64,000 nt of DNA, from positions 28,164,628 to 28,228,627 of the forward strand of contig OZ037767.1 in the NCBI GenBank assembly GCA_964035545.1. The letters run 5' to 3'. This stretch comes from Bugula neritina (taxonomy: Eukaryota > Animalia > Bryozoa). Both the position numbers and the translations under genes were made by a program. Positions 1-13,707 of this stretch are shown one piece after another. The notes beneath the pieces are model-generated. The model saw only the letters and a program-made list of their open reading frames with translations, had not been told where the DNA came from and did not search any database. Each line of letters opens with the position of its first letter. Within the stretch, counting starts at the first letter, position 1.

Positions 1-997
1 TATGTGTGATAGGACTATTGTCTGGCAGTGATGTAATACCAATAAACAATAAACCGTTCTATATTAGGAATATATAGATAAATTTTATAGCATTGTAACA
101 AATTTTCTAAATCAATCTTAACAATCTGCCAAAAATACTCACTTGTAAATTTAAACTTTGCTGAAGTTCATAACGGTTTTTTGTGAAAACAAGAGATGAG
201 AGAATGACTATGAGTATGTAAGAGAGCATGTAGAGGGGTGAATAAGAGCAGAGGGGGGCAGAAGGGTGGATAACAGCAGAGGAGATAGAGGGGTGGACAA
301 AAATACACATGAAGAGAACTATGCTTGCAGCCCTCTGTTAGACCATAAGATTCAGACTCCTAGCTCTGTCTTTTCTAGACATTCTATAATCTACTTATAA
401 TGAGAATATATATTAGCCCTTGCATAGCAATTAGTTCTGGAGATAGATTACATGAATGTAATAGATTTATACTAGCTACTAATCTGAATGTATAAAGATG
501 TCATCCTTAATAGTCTTATCTCTAAAATCTCACTTAAAGTAAAGAATGTCTACTCAGTAATAAGATTAGAATACTAATACACAAGAGTTAGAGGATGTTG
601 TCTTTACAGTTTATACAGACTCTGGTGACTCTCTGAATATGCAGAGACAGTAACTCACACAAGCTAGTACTGTCTATTCACTTAGCTCTAAATACTTGAA
701 CTATGTAACTATTGATTAGTTGGAAAAATATGCAATTCACAAATTTAGGGAGTTATGTTGTCCTGGATTATGTTGCCTGTTGTGTTACTATCACCACATT
801 TCCACCATTGCATTATGCCAATGGATTTGTGATTGCCTAATGGAAACTGTTACATCGAAGGAAATCACAACCATAAGTTAATGCAAACTGGGCATCCATT
901 CGCATAATGACAGTCATGGAAACAGAGTGTATTTGCAGAGAGTGCAGTAGCTGATGGGAAATGAAAACAGCAGTTGATTGAGCACATTTACTTGTAG

Positions 998-2315
998 AGA
1001 TCATACTGGGAGTTGCGATAGCCTTGGCCATAGCAATACTAATATTCCTACTCATAGTGTTATACTGCTGCGAGAGTTACAGAAATCACAGGAAGTTTGC
1101 TAAGCTGCTGCGAATGCTGGGAGCCCCTCAAGCCCAAGACGACAATTTTGATGACTTTGAGGATTATGGGAAATCAGATGCATGGAGAGAGGAAACAGAT
1201 GCTAGTAAGTGCTTTTTGAAATACAGAAATAGAAATACTAACTGAATAATGGTGAATAGATGTCACATGAATTGTCTTTCCCTGGTAAATCTGCATTATT
1301 CGGGCCTTCAAACAGTAGATACAGTTTATATGGTCATAGAAATTACTCCAGTCAAATCGGAATAGATAGGAAAAGTAAAAACAGCTCAGTGAATTTGAGA
1401 AAATATAATACTACTTAGTCAACCTATTGTCTCTGGAAATGTCGTTTGTTAGAAGTTTACAAAATCTCAGACTAAGCCTACACCTGGCATGACATCACTG
1501 TGTCTATACACTGCGTAACTGTCAACTCCTAACATTATACACCACCATAATATTCTAAATGTTATTCTTTAGTGTGCAAAGTATGTCTGCTACACACACT
1601 ACCTCAACTCCCTTTTTAGATACTAAAATTACCTGTACAGAGAAATGTTTATGTATTCTTATTACTTAATACAGACTTCAAAGACTTAGGAGAGTACACT
1701 GGAGTCAAACCCAATGAGTTTCTAACCCTCGACAAGAAGGCCATGGAGAGTTCAGGGCAGATAATGTACGACACTCAGATGAGCACAATGACTACTGGCA
1801 GGGGAAACAGTTGCTCTACTATCAGTAGAAGCAGGATGTCTTCCCACCCCCCAACCAGTCCCATACACACCAACTATGGCTATAGTGAGGCACTAGACTA
1901 TGAGACGGGTTAGTTGCTTTCCTGCAATTCTACAAACTGTATTGACGTAATATATCATGTAAATACTTACTTAATTTGGATTTATCTTATCCCGTCTTAA
2001 TTACAGTATAAGCACAGTACAGTTGTATATTAGTATAATGTATAGGTAGAGGAAATGTAAGTTAGAAGTTGTATTATATATACTTATAAATATATTATAT
2101 AATATACTTATTTGGGAGTTGTCTTACATACCCTAAATACAACAACAGTATGGTAAGCTATTATACGTATATGAAATGTAAGACATGGCACATGGAGTTT
2201 AGTTTGTAGAATATGTATGATTATAAATATATTTACAGATGAAAACTTAGAGCTGGAAAGAAGGATGGCTGAGACATTGAATAAAGAGAATTTAGAAGAC
2301 ACATCCTACCACTAG
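998..2315 (+). CDS. SUEL-like receptor family paralog 1 (5'-partial): TM and cytoplasmic exons 998-1204, 1675-1908, 2239-2315
   Basis: Canonical AG/GT phase-1 junctions join IILGVAIALAIAILIFLLIVLYCCESYRNHRKF..., LGEYTGVKPNEFLTLDK...GNSCSTI and DENLELERRMAETL...YH*. Clearly paralogous to the exons at 12015-13707. No ectodomain exons were found in 1-997. Confidence 0.85.
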
Positions 2316-2815
2316 TAGAAATCAGCTTTTACCTCTACTGAACTCACTAGAATATTCTAGACACACCTGACATATATACTGCTAGAGGTCAATGCTAAAA
2401 TAGATGTCTCTGCTGATGCATAGACACTAGAAACTGCAAATCAATCACTAACATGAAAGCAATACAGTTGGAGATTTTGGAGGGGGAGTTTCAAGGTGTT
2501 TCAAAGTAATTATAACAGCTAAATCTGCTACATGACTACTATATAGTATATATTCAAATTTCAACCTAAGTTACTGATAACTTTGTGAAAATCTATGAAA
2601 ACTATAGTAAAAACTTGCATTTTTAAATAAAAACTTATACATTTAAAAAGACTACTAAACTAGTACCATTATAAAGAGAGGATAACTCACATATAAAGAC
2701 AAGTATGATAGCTATGTATACTCAAGGTTATGATGTATGAAGTTGCAACCCTACCAGTATATAAGTTAAGTATAAGCTAAGTGTAAGTTGAGAATTTAAA
2801 TTGGGTATAGCTTAA

Positions 2816-5800
2816 ACATCGTAGGCATCCAGGTTATTTTGATAAAATCAATTACTGTTAATTAAAAGATCATACTTTTTTAGTTGCATTCACAAAATAT
2901 ATACAAAAAATCTCAACTCAATATACCAGAAAAAATGAATTAAAATATATGTGTTAATAGCACTGATATTGACGTGACCGTGGCACATGAAAAATCTGAA
3001 AAAAGAGTTGTCTTCTATTTTTCTATATTAATATATAGAGCTTGTCGTGAAAATAAAGATTTTTTTAAAAAAATATTGTGACCCTCTGGTAACTTCCTGA
3101 ATTTAGAAAATTAGCTCATATATTTCTTTTCATGTGGACAACAGCTCACTTTTTTTTAAATTTATTTTGAAGCTCTTTTCGTAAAAAATAATCAAAAGTA
3201 AAAAATCCAAAATTTTTACAAATTGGTTCGGGGCTTGACGTGAAAGGCATTTGGACGAAGATGTCAAGGTCACCATTAATAAATTTATTTTATCACAATT
3301 CACAATACTGCACGGAAAGTTAATGAAGTGAGCTGAAAATTAGGTTGCTAGCATATTGATATACATTATATTGATTGTTGCAGTATTATTTTTTTAATTT
3401 GTTTTGTTATCAGTTATGTTTAACTTCTTCATAGAGCTGCTGTTAGACTAAGAGTAAGACATAATATTAGCAACAATGATAATATTAAATTAAAATTATT
3501 ATTAAATTCACGGTGAAGTATCACTATGAGTATGAGTATCGTATAAATTAATTATGAGTATGAGTATCACTATGACATAAACTCAATCAGTGATTGACTA
3601 TTAGTATTACTATGAATATGACTATGCATAACTCAATGAGAATATCAATATGAATATGGCTTCTATTCTTGTAACTTTTGACTATGACGATGTTGATACT
3701 GATCGTGATAATCACTGCCAGCCCAAGTCTCATACTCATAGTGATACTATTACTATTAATAATTAGTATTACTATTAGTACAACTACTAGTATTACTCAT
3801 AGTTCTGATAATGATGCAGATGATAGTTTTAAAAGTTCTACTTCTACTTTTATAGTAAGCTAGATTGTATATTATGTTGAACTCGACTCATTTTTTACTA
3901 CTAATGCTAATACTAATAGTAATAGTAATACTAATAATAATTATAGTTGTTATAATGATAGTAATACTAATAGTAATAATAACTATTTCAATTTGATAAT
4001 TTATGTTATATAACAGCATTATCGCTTATCAATTACATTGGTTCATAATATGCTTATTTTGATTTTGCTTTGTGTGTTTTTTTCATGTTGTAAATTTAAG
4101 TTCGTATGGTTATTTAATGAACTAGAGAACTAGCCAAATGTTATGTAACGGTTGCAGTAATTTACTATAAACTCAGTGAAATTTAAAACCTAATTGATAT
4201 TACTATGACATTGATTGTACAGAGGTAGCTAAAATATACATTAAATTACCAATAATTTTAACTCGCCAATACACTATGAGTAGAACAATCAAATGCAATG
4301 ATAGAAAATTAATTAGTCATAGCAGCCCGTTGCTTGAGGAACATTGAGCTACAGGTCTAAAATGATGTAGTTTTGTGATCCCTTATATAACAAAATAATT
4401 TTTTTTAACTGGTTTAATACTTTTATTATAAACACGCTTATCAAAGTAACATGTTTTTGATGTATATTCTATTAAAAAAGCAATCACATCAGGTTTTCAA
4501 TTTGTATGTTGTACAAAGTTTATTATGGTGACAAGTTACTAAATTATATGGTTCAGCTTTGTAAAGTAAAGCTGATAAAATAAAAACAATTATGTGATTG
4601 TTTTACTGCTATATATTAAATTTAAATGAGTTGAATAATATCCTAGTGCAGTGAATTAGATATTTTTTTAGCTTTGGTACACCTGTTTGTTATAGGCTAA
4701 CATTCCACCAATAGAAGAATGGTGCAAGTAGAAGAAATTTCAGGCGCAGAAAGCTAAGTAGCAGTCAGAATGCTGCCAGAGTTGTGAAGAGGCACTTGAA
4801 AAAGCTGAATTTCAATAATGACATGAAATTCGTAACAGATCACCCTGGTGTATTTGAACTGACATGGCCAGCAGAGTTCTCGAAGTCACATACAACAGCT
4901 ATTTACATCATCATGGTTAGCTTAAATTTAATTCCTATATCAGTCTCTAATATATAGTTTGATATCTGCTGTAAATTCACTTAAGGAGCATGCACATAAC
5001 CAAAACTGAGTTACACTATAGTATTTGTTCTTGAATATATTTACCAAGATAAGTAGATTTGCTAATTCATCAACAGTAAAATTATAATGATACAACAATT
5101 TTTCTTTTAGACGATTCAATCAATAACACAAGACACTACAACATGGTTTTGCAGTTATAGAGTATTAATTTTCTGGCTCTTTCCAAATCTTCATAGAAGG
5201 CAAAGAAAACCACTGCCAGCTTGCCTTTAAAACTGAGTGCACGCGTCTTCCACCTACAGATGATGATAAACAATTTGCTGGTGTGGAACTTTCTAATTTT
5301 GTTTACAATGAAGATAGATTATAGGACATTATTCTTTACGTAAAGATTGTCAAGTTTTGTTATAATTAAGAACAGTTTTAGTTTCAATAAATCGGTTCAA
5401 CATTATGGACATCATTGCACAAGCATTTTAATCTTTACTATCTACAAAGGTATCTGATGGACTACTTGAAAATACAAAACTATGCTCCAGATACACAATG
5501 AACTGACCAGCAAAGTTAAAATGAGTTGGAGATGTAGAACATAATATCTTGTTCAAGGCTTTTCCCTGCTGTTGGAACCTTCTACTTCAGAACACTGAAT
5601 TGAACAAACATATGTAGATATATGAAACTTTGCAAACAATAATAATGTGAAATTACTTGCTAAGTATTACATTGCTAATAAATACAGCATTGTGTAATGT
5701 TTTATTTAATTTTTTTTGAGCCATTTGATCTATAGACCCGCATAGTATTTACTATATTATAACTAATAAATTGCAGACACATTATGTCAGACCAGTTTCC

Positions 5801-8060
5801 ATTTAAATAGAATCGTGTAGGCTATCAAATTTGTAGAAGTAAAAAACCGCATTCTTATTGAGTAAAATACTTGCCTTTTTTTATGATGCCTCTACTGCTA
5901 AAAGAGAAGTTTTTATCAATACAGCTCCATCAATCTGTATCCTGATGAAGCTAGTAGTTTAGGAACATTTGTGGCGGGGAGTGTAGGCTGAGCTGCAGTA
6001 TAGGAAGAACCCCAACATATGTAATCTATTCAGCACATTATATACATATATTTATTCAAAAAAGAATTTAGAAAATGCTTTATGAAGCATGAACAAAGTA
6101 AAAATTAATGCTGGTGAAAGTAATATTATTACACCCATTAAAATTACTAGCAGCTATAGCATTAAAATTATGTATTTTCATAAAAATTTGTCTAATTTAT
6201 GCTACAAAGTTATTACTGCCAAAGGTTACAAAATTTACCAGTCACATTCATGCAGCTGGCGGAGAATAACTAACTTTCACATGCAATAAATACAATTAGT
6301 AGCTCAATCTAAAACTAATGCGCTATTAAATGTTAGGAGTATAAGTTATAGTTATTCTAAGGAATAATTGCAAAAAAAGTTACTTAGAGGAATTTAACTC
6401 TTATTATAATGTAATTATCTTCCAAGATATATTACAACATCACTACTTGGATGCATACAATGTCATATTTATATTGGCAACAACATAATTTTCAATAATT
6501 TCCAATCTATTAACTTGAGCATTATGATTGTGATTATTTTATAAATAAGGCGATTATTAGGCACTGTTGGTATTTTGGTTCAATTTATTAATAGCTGTAA
6601 CAGGCAGAGTTGTAAATATAATGGATATATCAAAATTCCAATAGGTATAGTACTCTAACACAACATTGATACTAATAATTGTAGCCACTTACTCTTAGAG
6701 TTAGTGAATAATGATACAGTCATAACAATCTGAATATCAATCAGCATTAGAGATAGGCTGACTGCTTTATAATATTATAGTTATTATGTCAAATTGAATT
6801 TATTCACTATAACTATAAAAATTATGATTATAATTATAGATTAAAATAATTTAAATATTACATAATATATTGATAATTATTGGAATCATAATTATATTTA
6901 TTGTTATGATCATTATGATTATAATTATTTAATATTATCTTTGTTTGTATTTAAAGTTGTTCCTTAAATTTAAAGTTGTTTAAGTTTTATAAATTTATTC
7001 TAATTATATTACTGTATAAGTATTGCTATTAGTATTAGTATAATTAAATTATTATAATTTATATTTTATTATTTATATTATTATTTATTTTACTTTTTAT
7101 TTTAAGACCAGCAGTTCAAATTAATACTTGTGTCGTTTGCTTTATATTATAACTTACAAGTATAACGATTAACATAATAATATTACATTTGTTATTAGTA
7201 TTACTATGAATATAAATATTTATATTAATATAAATATAGCTATCGGTATAACCTATACTTATAGTTATAACTAATATTATAAGTATTAGTTTCGAAACTG
7301 ATACTGCCATATGATTATCATTATGACTAATAATAGTGTTAATAAATATAACCATTGAATATTATTAATAATAGTTCACCAATAGGCGATAGTCATAGAC
7401 TTAGAGTTAGAGTGAGAGTCATAGACATAGACTAGTGATACTCATACTGATACTCATACTGTGATTCAGTTTCACTGATTCAGTTACAAATTTTAAAACT
7501 TGGTTTTACGTAGACAACTACTAACCTATAATTCATCACAAAACGGTTGAAAATCATCATTTACTGCATATTTAAGAGTAATTTTCTGGTAGTGTGGTCG
7601 ACATGATAATTGAAATTAAAATAGGGAAAATAATTATTTTGTGATTTACAGATAGTTACAAACTAGCAAAATGGAATTGTCTATTTGAAAACAGTCAAAT
7701 TAGTTACCTTTCTTGATGTTGCGTAGCTAACGTTAGTTATTAGTAGCCGCCCGAAGAGTAACATTCATGTGATTTGAACTACGAATAACGAGAATCTGTG
7801 ACAAACCCGCTTCTTAATAACTTTACGCGATATAAACTCACGCTACAATAGGGCTATTTTGCCATCCCCACGTCAGAATAGGACACGGAGGGCACGCTCG
7901 CGGGCAAGTCTGGGCAAGTCCAAGACACCTAATATGACCACTTTTACTTACATTTTTGTAGTATTTTCGTATAAGAAATTGGATAAAATGCTGATAAAAC
8001 AGTTGAAAAGCATGCAAACTTTTGCTCAAATGTAATAAATAACCTGGAAGCTTACCGCCT
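2816..8060. mobile_element. Decayed Kolobok-like DNA transposon (~5.2 kb)
   Basis: TTAA at 2812-2815 and 8061-8064. Imperfect TIRs: acatcgtaggcatccaggttattt versus the reverse complement of the right end, aggcggtaagcttccaggttattt (18/24). Contains a P2X7-ballast-like relic, a cargo known from Kolobok elements. No recognisable transposase. Confidence 0.6.
4696..5320 (+). pseudogene. P2X7 C-terminal ballast (Zn-binding Cys domain)-like pseudogene, two exons (~4696-4915, ~5111-5320)
   Basis: Frameshifted and stop-interrupted fragments in the expected order: EEWCK*KKFQAQKAK*QSECC, VTDHPG, SRVLEVTYNSY, FCSYRVLIFWLFPNLHRRQRKPLPACL, PPTDDDKQFAG. These match the family motifs WCxCxxC...CC, CITxHPGF, VL...Y, YR...W....L....R..(I/L)PxC, FP......G. 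Confidence 0.7.
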
Positions 8061-9529
8061 TTAAGTAGAAATTGGGCTGCCTTTGTCCATAGTATGTGTA
8101 TTAACTACTTGTTGAGTATCCATCAATGTTACTTGCATTACGTACATGTTTGTAATGTATTGTGAAACTATAGAATATATAGTATTTCATCCAATATAAT
8201 ATTATGTAAATGTATTATTACTGTTGCTTTATCATGCTTTCAACATTTTATTTCCAGTGTTGAAATAATTCTACATGCAACAATGTTTTACGTGAGGTGG
8301 CTGGTAGTAGCATCATCTTTTTTCATTAGAATATCTGATTAAATTAGCATAAAAAGCAAAATAAAAAAATCTAAAAATAAAATGAATATTGGCAGGGGAG
8401 TTGAACACTGGGTAACATAGTTGAGTTGATAATAGAAGAATGGAGATAAATTTTACTCAATTATATTTTGTTGCATGTATGTTTGAAGTTTAATTAAAAA
8501 TTATTCCAATTTAAAAGCTGTAAAATAAATTACTAAAACTAAGCTATCATACACTATTAAGCACCTACTAATATGAGGCTTCTCCTTAAACTATAGTAGA
8601 TAGGAAAGTAAAAATACAACTCTGCACACAGATGTGCAGAGTTGTATATTGCTACCTGCAGTTTTACAAAAAGCAAGAATTCAGGCCAACTGCTACTCTT
8701 TTCCTCTGATAAATTTTAGAATAATCAGTTGTAGTCAGCAGCCACCGACAGCAGCAATGGTGGCTGTAACCTACCATGACACAAAGCATAAATGGAAATA
8801 CTTATAATCAACACAACTTCAGGATGGTAAGTATTTTGATTTGCCAACCATACATAGCATTGGGTGAATAATGACAACATTTATAGAACTTTCCAAAACC
8901 AAAGTAGGGCACTTAACAGTTCACACTGCGCCAAGGTTAATGTTACCACTACTATATCTGACATTTGATTCACTTAAAATAAATTAAATCTTTATTTTAT
9001 AACATTATTTGGTATAACACAATAAACAGAATCAGTAAATGAAACATACTAACATCAAATCATATTATACTATAAAACTTAAAATATATTCTAATTTATA
9101 AACAGGGGAAAATGAAAATGGAAATAAATCTCAAAGAAGTCTAAAACCACAAGAAGTAGCTTGAAATACTTTTATAATTCAATATTGATCTATTTCAGAT
9201 CCATACACCACAAAACTAGGTTGTATAAACTATACATCAGTCAAGTCCCTATGGAGATGAAAAGATGGTTACCATAGCAACCATATTTCATGGATGAATT
9301 CACCAGAGGAAAGACTTTCAAGGCTTGAATAGGTTTCCATCAACGCAATGAGCTGAATAACACATATGTTGTAACAATAACCAAAGAACCAATGAGCTAG
9401 TAGAAGGCAACAACATCCTCCGAGGTGGAAGAGGTAATTAGTAAGCAAGAAGGCACAAGACTGCACAAGACCATCACTTGAAACCCTACAACACCCTTCC
9501 CATCACACTAACCAGTGCTGACACCCATA

Positions 9530-12500
9530 ATGTTGGGTACAACTCAAACTTTGGTAATTTTATTTACTTTAGGAATGTGTTTCCAGCACACATATCCATG
9601 TAAGTATTTCATACATCTAATAATAATTATATACCTATTATTATCAATTATTTAATTTTGTATCAGTTATCATTATGTGATATTCAGTAGCAGAACTTTT
9701 TTGGGAACTTGCATGTTGATAGTTATTTTGGGAAAGGTGCTTTGGAAACATTTCTAAGAGAATAATATATTGTTAGATTATATTAAAAATTGTGTTTGAC
9801 CTGACTTCATTAGTATAATTTCATTAATATACACTCTTAATAGTAGTAAAACAGCATTGGTCTACCTTGCATGTTACATATTACATACCCTATAATATTA
9901 TGGATTATTTGTACAACTTTGAAAATTGGTTTCAGTTGTATTGCGAGACGAGTCAATTGACGTCTGCTACAACAAACCAGTGAATCTGAACACATGTGTG
10001 TTTGGCGGAGTAGATCAGCAACTCCAAATCAAGTCCATCTCCATTTATTCTCACTGGGACACCGCTAAAATTGCTAGTGAATCGAATTGTTTCGCTTTGA
10101 GAAGTTGCGAGCCACGGGTGATACACAGTATGTGATAAGTATAAAACATACGGATACTTTACTTTACACACAACGCTGTTTCTCTAAAGAATATTCATCA
10201 CAAAATAGGACTTGGAGATGAAACAATTTTTCATTAAATTTTTGATAGCAGTAAAACCATACAACTTTAAATTTTCTAGTCATTTTATGTCCAAGAACGA
10301 AAGATTTTAGGTAACATTAATGTTGTTTGCTCAGTTTTCAAACTTTTTACAATTTGTTTAGCACAAATTAAGCTAATGTTTTCAACAACTCCTTGCAGCA
10401 ATAGGAGACTCAGGAATTTCTCCGGAGTACAGACATCTCTACCAATGGATATTGAACAGATGTCACGGAAAACCTAAATGTGATGCAAGCAACGGTACAC
10501 TCCCAGACTGGTGGCAACTTGTTGATGATGATAATCCAAATTGTGGTGACGGGAGAACTTTATACTTTACTAGTATTCATATCCATGCTGAGTGCATAGG
10601 TGAGTAAAACATGTCTACTATAAATTTCCAACAAATAAGAAACTGCCCTGCATTTATGATATGCGTAGACACTGGCTTTAGGGTTTTAAGTTTTACAAAT
10701 AGGTATATAGACTTCTAGAGATATTGATTACAATATAATATGCTGACTTATAACATAAGTTACGGTAATGGCAAAAGACAATCAGATGAAAACTACTACC
10801 TATCCAACTTTTTTATGACAGAATATATTTAGTTGCCAAGTGATAAAAATAGGGTGAATAAATATTCAATAGTTGAAGTAAAACAGTAAAGCTATGAATA
10901 AAATTAGGTAGAATTTGGCTTTTTGGCACAGAAATGAATAACTACAGCCTTACATTTCAAACATTTCAGTTAACGAAGACCCATTGGTAACTGTACCATC
11001 TCCACCTTCAACTGTACCCCAAACCAGACCAACTACGCCAACCACCACCACCGCCTTCCCTGTATTCATTCCAATCTACCAACCAGCTTTAGCTGGCAGA
11101 GAAAGTAAGACTACAGAATTAAACATTGTAAACTTAATTCTAACAGTATGAATGATTTGTTGTCTTCAAGAGTAGATCACATTTGGTATGAGTTAGATTA
11201 TAATAGTCAGTACTAGTTGGAGTAGATTGAGTATGAGTTAGATTATAATACTCAGTACTAGTTAGAGTAGAATGAGTATATGAGTTAGATTATAATACTC
11301 AGTACTAGTTGGAGTAGATTGAGTATATGAGTTAGATTATAATACTCAGTACTAGTTGGAGTAGATTGAGTATGAGTTAGATTGCTATAGTCAGTACTAG
11401 TTGGAGTAGATTGGGTATGAGTTAGATTACAATACTCAGTGCTAGTTAGAGTAGAATGAGTATATGAGTTAGATTACTATACTCAGTGCTAGTTAGAGTA
11501 GATTGAGTATGAGTTAGATTACTATACTCAGTGCTAGTTGGAGTAGATTGAGTATGAGTTAGATTACAATACTCACTGCTAGTTAGAGTAGAGTGAGTAT
11601 ATGAGTTAGATTGCTATAGTCAGTACTAGTTGGAGTAGATTGAGTATGAGTTAGATTACTATACTCAGTGCTAGTTAGAGTACTATCTATAACAGCCATA
11701 TTCAAGTGTATTCACCTAAAGAAAACACAGGTTAAGATGGTTAATCTGTAATCTTACTAATAAATTTCTAAGTGAGGAGTTAATCCCGAGCTTAATATCA
11801 TCCATGGTGAACATGATGACTATTGAAAGAGCCTATGATTTTACCTACATTTCTAGTCATCGTTCCCTTAACAGCTGCACAGGAAGGCTAGGTAATGGAA
11901 GTTAATACAAAATTAACAACTTCCAGAAGGATGAGAACATGAGTGGTAGTCACCAACACGTGATGTTTATTCACTGGTCAGGAAACAGGATATAAAGAGC
12001 TTGTCTATTTGCAGAAGTCATCCTCGGTGTGGCTATTGGACTAGCGCTGGTTATTCTCCTGGTGCTGCTCATAGTTCTGTACTGCTGCGAGAGATATCGC
12101 AACCACAAAAAATTCGGCAAACTTCTCAAGAAACTTGGAGCACCGCAAGCCCAAGAGGATGCATTTGACGAGCTGGATTACGGTAGAAAAGATGCTTGGA
12201 GAGATGAAACTCAAAGTGAGCATTCTAGATCGATTTAGTGTCAATATTTCCAAATATATGACCAATTTTATAATTCAAATTATATAGTGTCAATAAGTTT
12301 TGAAATAGTGATTGATTGATTTATTTATTGATTGATCTGCAACGAGTACAGCTGTCTGCAATGCTCTTTTAAGCAGTGTCTAACGATTTACTTTTCATAC
12401 AGAAATTGTTGTTAACACATCATTGGAAATATCTTGTAGATCCAGACGCCCTGGGAGAGTACACAGGTGTTAAACCAGATGAGTTTCTGACATTAGACAA

Positions 12501-13707
12501 GCATACGATGGAGCAGTCCGGACAGATCATGTACGACACAATGGCTAAAGGTAACAGTTGCTCCACAATAGATCGACTGGAGAGAAAAGGAAGTCCCTCT
12601 CAATCATATCTGATGGCAGGTTATCGCCACCAAGGACCCACTGATTACAACACAGGTATAGTTTGGTTTCACCATCTAGTGGTTACAACACAGGTATGGT
12701 TTGGTCTCACCATGCATCTAGTGGTTACAACACGTGAGGAGCTCTTTTTAAGCTTATCCCTTCTTAGTTCTTACCCGATAAAGAAGTCTACAGAATAATA
12801 ATGAAGAATGAGTCATGGTGCTTTTCCAGTCTTAGTTTCCACTCAGTTCCTATTTCATTATAATGTTACAGATTTCTCTTGTCTGTAATCATACAGGTGC
12901 CCTTAGATAGTATCTGAGTCATAAAACATAGTTGAATTTCCAGAGTGCCAAAAAATTTCTTTTAGCTCTCCTAGTGTTGGGTTGTTGCAGCCACTTGGTA
13001 ATTAGTGGACAAAGTATGTTTTACATCCATAAGTTGAACGTGTTTAGTCACTGCTCAAGAGGAACGATATTTTCTAGCTAAACTGTCATGATATTTCATG
13101 TAAATAAATTCTAATGCAACAGATACATGACTAAATAAATAATTTAAAAGGAGCACATGTTAAACAATAGAAGGGTTTTTGGTATATAAAAATGAGTCTT
13201 CTATGAAGCCATCTTTGGTAGAAATTAGAATAATGTCAGTTAACTTAGTAGTGGAAAAATAAAAAAAATATAGTCCAGATGTCATTTTTACCCTTGAGTT
13301 TAGGATAGGTATTTTTTGAAAAGCTGAAAAAATTTGGATTTAAGCATTTATTTTGGGGACATCTATTTCTTAAAGTGGGAAATCTTACAACATTTGCCTA
13401 ACTATTTAAGGACTATACATAAGGTCTATGAGAATATAACTTGGATATTTTTCTAAGCATGCTACTTTTTCACACTTTACACTGCACACATCTCCAGCTC
13501 TCTGGACAGAAGTGCTTGCAAATTCCTGAGTTAAACAGTGATAAAAATTTCACTCAAAACTGAAGAGATAGTGAAAACCAAACTAGAGTTATTGAAGCAA
13601 AGAATCTGATAATATTTTTGTATCTTGAAGCTGAGAACCTGGAGTTAGAACAGAGAATGGCTGCAACGCTGAGTACAGAACTGGAAGAGGAAAGTTCTGC
13701 TCACTAA
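9530..13707 (+). CDS. SUEL-like receptor family paralog 2, ~363 aa; exons 9530-9599, 9936-10127, 10399-10599, 10970-11104, 12015-12215, 12440-12655, 13631-13707
   Basis: All introns are GT-AG and phase 1, and the spliced length of 1092 nt is open. Signal peptide MLGTTQTLVILFTLGMCFQHTYP, 8-Cys domain with CHGKPKC, Pro/Thr stalk, TM ending in YCC, conserved tail. Confidence 0.85.
11186..11681. repeat. Intronic minisatellite, 45-47-bp unit, ~11 copies
   Basis: Tandem gagttagattataatactcagtactagttggagtagattgagtat(at). Confidence 0.9.

Noticed and set aside
3678-3863. Hydrophobic Ile/Thr-rich ORF (similarly 7116-7355)
   Set aside because: Arises from AT-rich low-complexity sequence inside the decayed transposon.
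8740-9470. Exon-like segments upstream of paralog 2
   Set aside because: Splice-like sites but stops in the frames examined. At most 5' UTR exons or a decayed fragment.
11186-11681. Regular repeat array superficially like CRISPR
   Set aside because: Head-to-tail units with no unique spacers, no cas genes, and located in a spliceosomal intron.
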